Assembly (NCBI GenBank): GCA_964430885.1
Contig: CAYSHM010000012.1
Span: 29,188 to 93,187 of the forward strand
Length of the DNA: 64,000 nt
Source: an uncultured archaeon
GTDB taxonomy: Archaea > Thermoplasmatota > Penumbrarchaeia > JASLWR01
Direction of reading: 5' to 3'
Positions 1 to 8,992 of the stretch are shown here, piece by piece (positions within the stretch are counted from its first letter, which is position 1; every line of letters begins with the position of its first letter). The translations under genes were made by a program, and so were the position numbers. The notes beneath the pieces are model-generated. The model saw nothing but the letters and a program-made list of their open reading frames with translations. It searched no databases and was not told the origin of the DNA.

Positions 1-2
1 AT

Positions 3-2411
3 TTCCTTTCGCATCATAGAACAATAAACGGATTCAAGGATACGGATGTGCTCAAGGGGAGGTTTATCTTAGTGAAAAGGGATCTTCTATATGGTAATGC
101 AACCTCAAAGGAGATTCTTTTGAATAGAACCCAGGATCACTATCTGGAATGTATGGATCTCGTTGATAACGGTCACGGACGATTTGATCTAGCTTGGTCT
201 GATAACAGAAGCGGAAATTGGGATATTTACCGCCAGTCCTTCAATTCTACTTCCGCGCCGATTTCTCCTGAATCAAAAGTCTCCGGTACCCAAGGGAATT
301 CAACCGGGCCTGCTATGACAATGCTCTCGAACAATATGGTAGCAATATCTTTCATCAACGATGCTGGCGGGAAAAACAATCTCATCGGTCCGGCAATAGA
401 CGCTACCTACCTTCCTACCTTCCTTTGGGATGACGATTTTTCCGAGATACCAATAGAGCCGGGTGAGGAGAAAACTCTTCGACCGTTCATTTCTAATCAG
501 GGTAGTGTCAGCGATACATATCACCTTGAACTCCTTGATCTGCCCTCTGAATGGACTCACGAATTCCTATCAAACGATTTTACATTGAACCCGGGGAAGA
601 ACCGCAGTTTTGATCTGAATGTTGCCGCTCCTTCATTAGTGCCAGAAGATATGTGGGTGAACGTGACCATCAAGTGTTTTTCAGAAGGACTTCAATCTGT
701 GGTTGAACATATGCACATCAATCTGTTCCTCAATATCACTTTAGGATGTGAGATAACAGAGTATAATGTCAGTGATAGGGTCTATCCTGGATTGAATTAC
801 ACTGTAGAACTGCGTGTGGAAAATACCGGGAACATTCCCGAAACTTTGCACTTAGGTTATTCATCTCCCTTGGAATTATTGGAAATCGAGTTTGATAAAA
901 ATGATATCCTCCTCTTACCTGGACAAAGAGATATGGTGAAGTGCACAATGCTGGTAAAAACAACCAATCCCGATGATAAGTTCAATATCACTTTCAATGC
1001 AAGTGTTGTAGGACAAGCGGGTTATTATAATTCAGTGGTTCTCGAATTCACTGTTCTGGACCGCAGTGTTGTCATTGCATCTTCAAGCGGTGAAGAAACC
1101 ATTTATCCTACACCTGGTGCGGAGTACTCTCACAGATTAAGGATCAGAAATCCTGCTTCTATCGGCCAAAATGTGAACCTCAATGTCAGCCAATACCCTA
1201 TCAACTGGACCTGTAGATTAGAAAATAAATCGTTGTTCCTGGAGGCGGGAGGTGAGCAGGAAGTAGTTCTATTGGTCAATCCTGATTCTGATGTGAGATT
1301 AAATTCAGTCCATACAATTTTAATATCCGTTGTTTTAAGAGAGGGTGAAATTTCATTGGAAACCTATGATATCACCGCCGTCCCAAAGGATTATTCCTTG
1401 GAATTGGGACCTGATCATTTTTCAGGTGCAGTACAATCTGGACAGAACTATGCTGTCAGGTTGACGATCCGGAATACCGGCTGGAATAACAACTATTCTT
1501 TTTCAATGTCCGATCTCCCGCTGGGCTGGGGTGCAGTGGGTTTGGATCGTCCTTTTTCACTGATCAAAGGTGAGGGAATTCAGAAAGATATGATACTGCT
1601 TCTTCCTGAGGATGCTGAACCCGGAGATTACAACCTTTCTCTTCTGGTGGAATGCTATCCTGAATCCATGACTGTTTTCATTCAGCTCATTGTATCTGAC
1701 AGTAAAGCTTCAGATAATACAACAGAAGAAAAAGATTCCGACGGGGACGGTTATAACGATACATATGAACTATCCGAAGGAAGTGATCCCTTTAACAAGG
1801 CTTCTACGCCCCTGGACTGGGATGGAGATGGGGTGATCAATGAAAAGGACCATTATCCACGGGATCCCAAGAGATGGGCCAAAGAAGAGGACAATCGATT
1901 ACTGGTTGTTATTGTTATCACCATTATGTTGCTGGTTCTGCTGTTTGCCGGGGCCATTGCCTATTCAAAGCTGAAAAATGTTATGAACCATGAAACCAGA
2001 CAATCCATCTATGGATATATTGAGGATCATCCGGGTAAACATTACAGAGCTATGGCCAGAGACCTTGACCTTCCTAGGGGCACACTTTCCCATCATCTGA
2101 AAGTTCTAGTAAGAGAGGATAAGGTGAAATGGACGAAGGAATCGGGTTACAAACACTATTATCCCCGTGATCAAACACCCAGAGTAACAAATAAGACAAT
2201 CTTAACCCCAATGCAGGAGCAGATATTCAAGATAATCAAAAGAAAACCCGCACGGACCTATAGAGATTTGGCAAGAATTGTCGGATGCACCCCTGAGAAT
2301 ACCATTTATCATGTTAACAATCTCAGAGATAAGGGTTTGGTTTATGGTGAAAAGGAAGGAAGGGAATACCATTGGTATCCACAGGAGGAACGGGCTGTGG
2401 GCAAGGTCTGA
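3..2411 (+). CDS. 5'-truncated single-pass membrane protein: propeller-type repeat and CARDB/NEW3-like Ig ectodomain, TSP3-like Ca-binding motifs, TM helix, cytoplasmic tandem winged-HTH (COG3398-like)
   Basis: Frame is open from base 3 up to the listed GTG at 48. Motifs: WSDNRSGNWDIY; repeated (V/I)xNxG Ig-like units; DSDGDGYND/DWDGDG; TM LLVVIVITIMLLVLLFAGAIAY; then RQSIYGYIEDHPGKHYRAMARDLDLPRGTLSHHLKVL and a second HTH (QEQIFKIIKRKP...YHVNNLRDKGLV). Confidence 0.75.
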   Translation, partial: FLSHHRTINGFKDTDVLKGRFILVKRDLLYGNATSKEILLNRTQDHYLECMDLVDNGHGRFDLAWSDNRSGNWDIYRQSFNSTSAPISPESKVSGTQGNSTGPAMTMLSNNMVAISFINDAGGKNNLIGPAIDATYLPTFLWDDDFSEIPIEPGEEKTLRPFISNQGSVSDTYHLELLDLPSEWTHEFLSNDFTLNPGKNRSFDLNVAAPSLVPEDMWVNVTIKCFSEGLQSVVEHMHINLFLNITLGCEITEYNVSDRVYPGLNYTVELRVENTGNIPETLHLGYSSPLELLEIEFDKNDILLLPGQRDMVKCTMLVKTTNPDDKFNITFNASVVGQAGYYNSVVLEFTVLDRSVVIASSSGEETIYPTPGAEYSHRLRIRNPASIGQNVNLNVSQYPINWTCRLENKSLFLEAGGEQEVVLLVNPDSDVRLNSVHTILISVVLREGEISLETYDITAVPKDYSLELGPDHFSGAVQSGQNYAVRLTIRNTGWNNNYSFSMSDLPLGWGAVGLDRPFSLIKGEGIQKDMILLLPEDAEPGDYNLSLLVECYPESMTVFIQLIVSDSKASDNTTEEKDSDGDGYNDTYELSEGSDPFNKASTPLDWDGDGVINEKDHYPRDPKRWAKEEDNRLLVVIVITIMLLVLLFAGAIAYSKLKNVMNHETRQSIYGYIEDHPGKHYRAMARDLDLPRGTLSHHLKVLVREDKVKWTKESGYKHYYPRDQTPRVTNKTILTPMQEQIFKIIKRKPARTYRDLARIVGCTPENTIYHVNNLRDKGLVYGEKEGREYHWYPQEERAVGKV

Positions 2412-2438
2412 GGTATAAGGGAATGGAAATAAAAGAAG

Positions 2439-2960
2439 GTGAAAATGATGAATGGGTCCGAAGCTGAAAATAACGAATATTCAAAACCACAGGAAACATA
2501 TGAAGATAACAAACCCCTGGATTTGGTACATAAACCGAAATATCACAGAAGGCCAGTTATGAAGAGGATCCGAATTCTGCGCTATCTCAAGAACAATCCG
2601 GGCAGTCATTATCGTAAGATATTCAGGGATCTCGACATATCAAGGGGCTGTCTTTCATACCATTTAAAAAATTTGGAGGAGGGGGGAAAAATATTTACCA
2701 TCCGCACAGGCCCTTACAAGTTCTATTACACTGGAGAGGACCAGATTATGAGAGAACCATTCACACCCATGCAGAAAAGGATTATCCAGATCCTTGCCAC
2801 CCGAAATTCCAATACCTACAAGAAATTGTCGGAAAGATTGGATAAAAGCCAGGAGAGCCTGATGTATCACATGAAGAGACTGAAGGAACGGGACATGGTT
2901 GTTCCGGTAAGACACGGAAACACGGTCCATTGGTTTCTGACCAAGAAAAATGACGTATGA
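2439..2960 (+). CDS. Tandem winged helix-turn-helix transcriptional regulator (COG3398/ArsR-like)
   Basis: RIRILRYLKNNPGSHYRKIFRDLDISRGCLSYHLKNLE and TPMQKRIIQIL...YHMKRLKERDMV; visibly paralogous to the C-terminus of the upstream gene. Confidence 0.8.
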   Translation: MKMMNGSEAENNEYSKPQETYEDNKPLDLVHKPKYHRRPVMKRIRILRYLKNNPGSHYRKIFRDLDISRGCLSYHLKNLEEGGKIFTIRTGPYKFYYTGEDQIMREPFTPMQKRIIQILATRNSNTYKKLSERLDKSQESLMYHMKRLKERDMVVPVRHGNTVHWFLTKKNDV

Positions 2961-3144
2961 TCGATCTAAATCCCTATCTTCTCACTCCTTCGTTAGTTTG
3001 CTGGAAGTCCTTTTTATAAAATCCGGTAAGTTTTAATTAGTAGGTCATTCTTTATGGGTGAAGTGGTTGGAAGGTCAGTTCTCCACAGAAATATCGCTGA
3101 CCGGCCCATCATTCGCTTTCGCTCACAAATGTTCGCTCATAAGT

Positions 3145-3219
3145 GGGCCCGTAGGGTAGCTTGGTTTATCCTCGTGGCTTTGGGAGCCATGGACTCCGGT
3201 TCAAATCCGGGCGGGCCCA
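3145..3219 (+). tRNA. tRNA-Pro(TGG), intronless, CCA not encoded
   Basis: Acceptor stem GGGCCCG/CGGGCCC, anticodon stem GTGGC/GCCAT around TT-TGG-GA, T-arm CCGG-TTCAAAT-CCGG, discriminator A followed by a T-run. Confidence 0.95.
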
Positions 3220-3519
3220 TTTTTCGGTTGTTTCACTACTCAAAGTGGTCTCTCCCGGATTTTTCAAACCCAGTATGATTTCTCCAAAATTTCACTTACT
3301 CGTCCAGTCGGTCCCTAATTCATTTTTTAAATAATGACTCCCTCCCCTTGAATTTCTATCGAAATTCTCTAGCCTGCGTGATTCTTGATAAGGCGCTGGA
3401 CTTTCCCTAGGTCTTACTGGAGAATGTCTTCGTAGTCCTTGAAAAGACATCAACTTTTTAAATATTGATAAATTTTAATATATTAACTCTTTATAATATT
3501 ACACTGCTATATTACCTCT

Positions 3520-6500
3520 ATGATACTGAAACGATCATGCCTATTTACTCTTATGGCTACAGTATTTCTCATGGCCGGATTCGTAAATGTAGTCAACCCT
3601 GTAAGACATAAGGTCGAAAGTGGTTTGTCTGCACTGGAATATACTCCGAATTCAGATATTGAAAGATATAAGACGAATTCCTGGTATATAGGTACCGTAG
3701 ATGACCTCGGAGATGTTGGAACTTATTCTTCCATAGCTGTAGATTCTCAAGATCGCCCGCATATCAGTTATCAGGATATTACCAACCGCCATCCCATATA
3801 TGCAAGCTACGATAATGGATCCTGGAGTAGAATCTTCGTCAGCCAAAATTCATTAGGCGCTCAGCACACCTCATTGGCATTAGATGGCAATGATAATCCG
3901 CATATATGCTATAAGGAAGATGCCTTTGTTCCCCAGCTAATGTATTCCTATCATGACGGTCAGGCCTGGACCCACAAACCGATCGGTTTCCAGCTTGGTC
4001 ATTATCTGTCCATTGCAGTTGACAACAATGATGATGCGCACATAACAAGCTATGAGTTCGGCGGATCTTTGATATATACCACTGACCTTCTAGACCATGA
4101 TCCGATAATAGAAACAGTGGATGATGAACAGAATGTCGGACGGGATACCTCCATCGAAATCGATGATGCCGATCATCCTCACATCAGTTACTTGGATGTG
4201 ACAAACGGAAATCTCAAATATGCATATCACAATGGGACATCTTGGGTCAATGAGACCGTGGATTCTTCAGGAGACGTGGGTTATTATACCTCACTGGATC
4301 TGGATTCGAACAATCACCCCCATATCAGCTATCTGGATCTTGGCAATGACAGACTTAAGTATGCTTATTTTGACGGTGCTCAATGGCACAATCAAACACT
4401 CGATCCCGCAGATGGCCAGGCAACATCCATTGCACTTGACGGGGACGATCGCCCCCATATCAGCTACAAATCCAACGGTCTTATGTATGCCTATTTTGAC
4501 GGGGCTGAATGGAATCACGAGACTATAGAGCAAGGGCTAGACTTTGGTGATCACTCATCCATTGCCCTTGATAGCTATGATAATCCTCATATCAGCTACT
4601 ATGATAACAACAACAAAGATCTGAAATACGCTGTGATAGACGATATATTCCCCTCATTGGATGGCGATTCGAGCCCTTCCTTCGGTACTACAGGAGATCC
4701 ATTCACTTTCAATGTAGAGCTGAGCGATAATATAGCAGTAGATTCCGCAAGTGTGGAATGGGACCATGGCATATTGGGGAACAATGATTCATTGGTCAAA
4801 AACGGGAATGACTGGGAATATATTATTGAACTGGACCATGATCTGGATCATCTCAGCTATAGAATACACATGATGGATGCTGCGGGGAACTATAATTTTT
4901 CAGAAACATTCAATGTGCCAGTAGTGGATAATGATCTTCCTGAACTTCAAAGTGATAATTCTGTCAATTTGGGTTTTACAGGAAATACCTTTGAGATCAA
5001 TATCAGTGCATCTGACAATATTGGTGTTCAATGGGTTAGTGCGAATTGGTCTCACGATAATCGTGCGAATGAGATGAATTTGACCCTGACCGGTCAGTAT
5101 TGGATTGGAGTTCTAGAACTGAACGATTCCACGGATGATCTGGTTTATTCCATACGGATAGCTGATACCAGCAGCAATATATTATCGGTAATTCCAGTTG
5201 AAATCACCATCGGGGACGATGATCCGCCTGCAGTATATCAGGACATGACTGTGGGGAATCCCCGTACAGGTGAAGGTTTTGTTCTGTCCTTGAGAACCCG
5301 GGATAACATTGAAGTTGATTCCGTTTCGGTTGGATATTCTTTCAACGGCGAGATGGCTAAGAATGATTCCATGGTCCAGGGAAGTTCATCGATATGGAAT
5401 GCAAGCATTGTTGTTCCTGTAAACGCTGAAATCTTAAGATGCAGCTATATAATCATGGACGTTGCAGGTAACATTAATCAAAAATACAATAGAACTCTCA
5501 ATGTTACCGATATCATATCTCCAGTTGCAGAGTTCGAGGGTGAGATTCACATTTCACAAAACCAAACAGCCTATTTTGACGGGAGTTCAAGCAGTGATAA
5601 CATTGGAATTGTTAACTATACATGGAATTTCACCTATATGGGATTTGACTACATATTATACGGCCTGGCACCCAATTTCACCTTTGATGAGGCTGGAGTC
5701 TATACTGTCCAGTTAATGGTGCGGGATAAATACGAAAATACGGATAGTGAAAACTTTTCGGTTTACTGCAGTGACATCACTCCTCCTGTAGCTGAGGCAG
5801 GTTCGGACTGGGAGATATCCCAGTCTCATCTGTTGATTCTGAATGCAAGTGCCAGCACTGATAATGCCGAAATTGTTGATTTTGCCTGGGCATTCCAGTA
5901 TAACAGAACAAATTACAATATAAGCGGTAAGATTATTGAATTCAGATTCGACATCCCCGGGATATATATTATTACATTGACTGTGAAGGATTCAGCAGGA
6001 CTGACAGATGAAGATAATTTGCTTGTTGTTGTCCTGGATGTGACTTTTCCTCTGGCGAATTTCACAGTGAATGGTAATTTATCATCCAGCGATACTCTCA
6101 TTCTTAATTTGAACCGCCCGGTTGAATTGGATGCCGAAAAAAGTATCGACAACGTCGGCATAGAAAATTATTCATGGATCATATCCGGTAATGATCTATT
6201 GTGGTACGGTTTCGGTATTGAGATGGAATATCAATTCGATACAGCAGGAAATTATACAATTGAACTAATAGTGACTGATGCAGCAGGGAACACAAACAGT
6301 AGAGAAATTGAAGTTAAGATAGAGGAACAAAAGGAAGAGGATCCCGACGGAGTGAGTCCTGATGATAAGGAGGAAAAATCCAATTATAACAGTTTATTAT
6401 TGATCATTGCAGCCTTGGTGGTTTTAATTGTAATTATTGGAGTGTTATTCATCCTTTTTAGACGACTTAAAGGGCCTGATGAAAACAGGGATGATGAAAC

Positions 6501-6705
6501 AACTGATAATACTTCTGATCAATATGATGACGGTAATCCTGATATTGAAAATATTTCTTTGGATGAACCGTCAGTTAATGGAGAGTACGATTCCAGAAAA
6601 TATAATGATTTTACAATGGAATCTGATTTACCATCAGATGAATTTTTTGAGCCGGGATCGGTTCCAGGTGATCTGCCACCTCCTCCGCCTTTACCTCCCC
6701 TTTAA
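3520..6705 (+). CDS. Membrane-anchored surface protein: beta-propeller-type repeats, Ig-like and PKD domains, C-terminal TM, acidic and poly-Pro tail
   Basis: N-terminal signal peptide; repeated S(I/L)xxDxxxxPHISY; PKD-like DGSSSSDNIGIVNYTWNF / FDxxGxYxxxLxVxD units; TM LLLIIAALVVLIVIIGVLFILF-RR; ends DLPPPPPLPPL. Confidence 0.8.
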   Translation: MILKRSCLFTLMATVFLMAGFVNVVNPVRHKVESGLSALEYTPNSDIERYKTNSWYIGTVDDLGDVGTYSSIAVDSQDRPHISYQDITNRHPIYASYDNGSWSRIFVSQNSLGAQHTSLALDGNDNPHICYKEDAFVPQLMYSYHDGQAWTHKPIGFQLGHYLSIAVDNNDDAHITSYEFGGSLIYTTDLLDHDPIIETVDDEQNVGRDTSIEIDDADHPHISYLDVTNGNLKYAYHNGTSWVNETVDSSGDVGYYTSLDLDSNNHPHISYLDLGNDRLKYAYFDGAQWHNQTLDPADGQATSIALDGDDRPHISYKSNGLMYAYFDGAEWNHETIEQGLDFGDHSSIALDSYDNPHISYYDNNNKDLKYAVIDDIFPSLDGDSSPSFGTTGDPFTFNVELSDNIAVDSASVEWDHGILGNNDSLVKNGNDWEYIIELDHDLDHLSYRIHMMDAAGNYNFSETFNVPVVDNDLPELQSDNSVNLGFTGNTFEINISASDNIGVQWVSANWSHDNRANEMNLTLTGQYWIGVLELNDSTDDLVYSIRIADTSSNILSVIPVEITIGDDDPPAVYQDMTVGNPRTGEGFVLSLRTRDNIEVDSVSVGYSFNGEMAKNDSMVQGSSSIWNASIVVPVNAEILRCSYIIMDVAGNINQKYNRTLNVTDIISPVAEFEGEIHISQNQTAYFDGSSSSDNIGIVNYTWNFTYMGFDYILYGLAPNFTFDEAGVYTVQLMVRDKYENTDSENFSVYCSDITPPVAEAGSDWEISQSHLLILNASASTDNAEIVDFAWAFQYNRTNYNISGKIIEFRFDIPGIYIITLTVKDSAGLTDEDNLLVVVLDVTFPLANFTVNGNLSSSDTLILNLNRPVELDAEKSIDNVGIENYSWIISGNDLLWYGFGIEMEYQFDTAGNYTIELIVTDAAGNTNSREIEVKIEEQKEEDPDGVSPDDKEEKSNYNSLLLIIAALVVLIVIIGVLFILFRRLKGPDENRDDETTDNTSDQYDDGNPDIENISLDEPSVNGEYDSRKYNDFTMESDLPSDEFFEPGSVPGDLPPPPPLPPL

Positions 6706-6722
6706 AATTAACCTAAGAATGC

Positions 6723-7238
6723 TCACACCACATCACCAGACACACTCTTGAGCATTTTTCTTATCTCTCGATTCAGGATATCTTCCTCGTAGACCTTTCC
6801 GCGTTTTCGTCCTTTTTCCATCCTATCTGATTTGGAGATATGTTCCATTTTCATTATCCGCGCCCTCCGTGTTATCATCTCCATCATTCTCTTGGCCAGG
6901 CCTTTTTTCTCTTCAGCCGGAGTATCAAGTATTCCCTTCAGTTCCTGAACCTCGCCGCCGTCGAACCATATTCCGCGGCACTCCGGGCATGTGTCCAATA
7001 CCAATTCGTGGATGTGTACCTCCTTCATTCTAATACTGCATTGCGGGCATGACAGAATACCCCCAGATACAGTCCTATTGCGGATTAGGTGTTCCGGGCT
7101 GTCGTTTTCTGAAAAGTACTGGTCGGTCTCGTCAATGTCGAACCATAGACCCCCGCACATCTGGCAGTGGTCCAGTACCACACCTCGATCGTGTATTTGC
7201 TGCATATCCCTTCTGCATCTAGGGCATAGTTTCGTCAA
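6723..7238 (-). CDS. Tandem zf-TFIIB-like zinc-ribbon protein
   Basis: Two repeats of CPxC..M...(V/L)DxCxxCxG(L/I)WFDxxE; GGAGG upstream of a TTG start. Confidence 0.8.
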   Translation of the reverse strand: MTKLCPRCRRDMQQIHDRGVVLDHCQMCGGLWFDIDETDQYFSENDSPEHLIRNRTVSGGILSCPQCSIRMKEVHIHELVLDTCPECRGIWFDGGEVQELKGILDTPAEEKKGLAKRMMEMITRRARIMKMEHISKSDRMEKGRKRGKVYEEDILNREIRKMLKSVSGDVV

Positions 7239-7353
7239 AATGAGGCCTCCGAATATTTTCAGAACATTCTCCTGTTAATAAAGTTATCTGTTTTTTTCAA
7301 GTCCAGACAATTTGATATTTTCATAAAAATTTTTCATTCATCTACTTTTTTCT

Positions 7354-8862
7354 TCAAATCCGTCCCCAGAACCAGTATATTTGGGTCCAGCTGTAATATA
7401 TGACGAATGTTAAAAGGAATAGAAAGATGATGGATATCAATATCTTTATCCATTTCTTGCTATCAAAGAGAAGTGAAACAACCCCTAAGGGTGTGAACAG
7501 AATAATAATACTACCGCTGAAGAAACCCATTACCCACATGAAGGAAACTGAAGCGGCGGTTGAGATCTCGTGGCTTGAAAGGAGTGTAATGGAAGGAATG
7601 ATCGCAGGTATTGAGCATGAACTGTCAAGTAGGCCAAATACTAATCCGCTCCCCAATGCCATGATCCAAATGTTCTTTCCCTCCAGTTTTTCTTGAAAGT
7701 AATCGGATATCTTATCCTTCAGGGAACTTTTCTCATGTGCACAGTGTTCGCCATTTCCTGCATCATGGCAGCTGCATGAGTTGTGTTCAGTATCCTTGTT
7801 CCTGATCCCCCGGTAAAGCCCAATGCATGTTTTAACAAGGAAATACAGAAGCAAAATTATCAGAACCCCATAAATAACTATACCATTCACGGAGCCATAT
7901 TTGGAAAGCTTGAAAACCCCTACAAGTCCTCCGTAAACCGAGAACACCAATCCATTGCCTATTGCGAATGGAATGGAGAGTTTCATTAACATGGATATTC
8001 GCTTATTTCGCTTAGGGTTGCCTTTTTCTGATTTTTTATTTCCATCGCTTCCATCCAATTTAAGAAATAAAACCGAACTGGCATATAGCAACATTAAGCA
8101 GCCCGGGCACAGAAGGGATGATAGCATACCTAAAACCATCATCTCCAGGAGGATCACTACAGGATTTCCCGAATAAGCCAGACTACTTGGATTCAAGAGG
8201 TCAGAGAATTTGAACTTTTCGTTCTTGTATACTGTCTCAGGCCTGATATCAGGATCCACAAAACCGGTCTCCAGAAGTGAATCCACCATTTTTGTTATAT
8301 TATCTGCCTTTATAGGCCCTGTCAATGAGACAACATTGAAATCCTCGTCAATTATTATAAGAGTAGGATCATCCGGCATCACGTCCATGTAGTAGCTGAA
8401 AACCTCATATTCCATATCGATCGCCATGGTCCAGGTGACATCGTTCATATCGTATTCATCACCGAACAGCCTATCTGGAGCGGGCATACAGCAGGAAGGG
8501 ATAATAACTGTAAGAAAGGTAACTTCTGAATTATTATAATCCTTATTCAGGTCCTTGAAGATGTCGAAGATATTATAGTTTTTCTCATCACAGTATATGC
8601 GGTAGCCCATATGATCGCCCCACATGAGCTGTAAAACATAAACTGGAGAATCCTCAGTCTCCCTTAGGTGAAATACCTTGTTGTTTCTTACATTATGAAG
8701 AGGCATATCCGTAGCATTCATAATGATACTTGCTGAGGTGTCAATTTCAACTTTCTCTCCTTTTTCATATCCCCAGGTAAGCCAGATGGGCAGGCTCAGC
8801 ATCACAACTGCGATAATAGCGAAAAGAAAGAATAATTTCCAGCTGAGTTTTGAATTCTGCAT
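7354..8862 (-). CDS. Membrane protein: thioredoxin/redoxin-like domain fused to a CcdA/DsbD-beta-like TM domain
   Basis: N-terminal anchor; redoxin-like WTMAID..VFSYY..PTLIIID..FNVV; multi-TM C-terminal half with Cys in LSSLLCPGCL and DSSCSIP at CcdA-like positions. Confidence 0.5.
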   Translation of the reverse strand: MQNSKLSWKLFFLFAIIAVVMLSLPIWLTWGYEKGEKVEIDTSASIIMNATDMPLHNVRNNKVFHLRETEDSPVYVLQLMWGDHMGYRIYCDEKNYNIFDIFKDLNKDYNNSEVTFLTVIIPSCCMPAPDRLFGDEYDMNDVTWTMAIDMEYEVFSYYMDVMPDDPTLIIIDEDFNVVSLTGPIKADNITKMVDSLLETGFVDPDIRPETVYKNEKFKFSDLLNPSSLAYSGNPVVILLEMMVLGMLSSLLCPGCLMLLYASSVLFLKLDGSDGNKKSEKGNPKRNKRISMLMKLSIPFAIGNGLVFSVYGGLVGVFKLSKYGSVNGIVIYGVLIILLLYFLVKTCIGLYRGIRNKDTEHNSCSCHDAGNGEHCAHEKSSLKDKISDYFQEKLEGKNIWIMALGSGLVFGLLDSSCSIPAIIPSITLLSSHEISTAASVSFMWVMGFFSGSIIILFTPLGVVSLLFDSKKWIKILISIIFLFLLTFVIYYSWTQIYWFWGRI

Positions 8863-8970
8863 TGTCCACTTCCGAATTTGATGACCCTCAATATGTTTGG
8901 TAATGATCCATTACAATTTAATTAAATATGTTGTTGAATCCGATTGATTATTTTCATGATGAAGCCATCT

Positions 8971-8991
8971 TTATTATTATTATTATTATTA
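8971..8991. repeat. (TTA)7 simple tandem repeat
   Basis: ttattattattattattatta, immediately past the stop codon of the glutaminyl cyclase gene. Confidence 0.9.
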
Positions 8992-8992
8992 T

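Noticed and set aside
3145-3219. tRNA-Pro as the attachment site of an integrated element
   Set aside because: No integrase recognised and no long duplicate of the tRNA 3' end seen by eye in the window.
3054-3278. 74-aa ORF in the track
   Set aside because: It overlaps the tRNA-Pro gene and has no protein-like features.
8971-8991. (TAA)7 on the minus strand as a stop-codon array or phase-variation tract
   Set aside because: It is out of frame with the cyclase stop and intergenic, and no functional evidence is visible.
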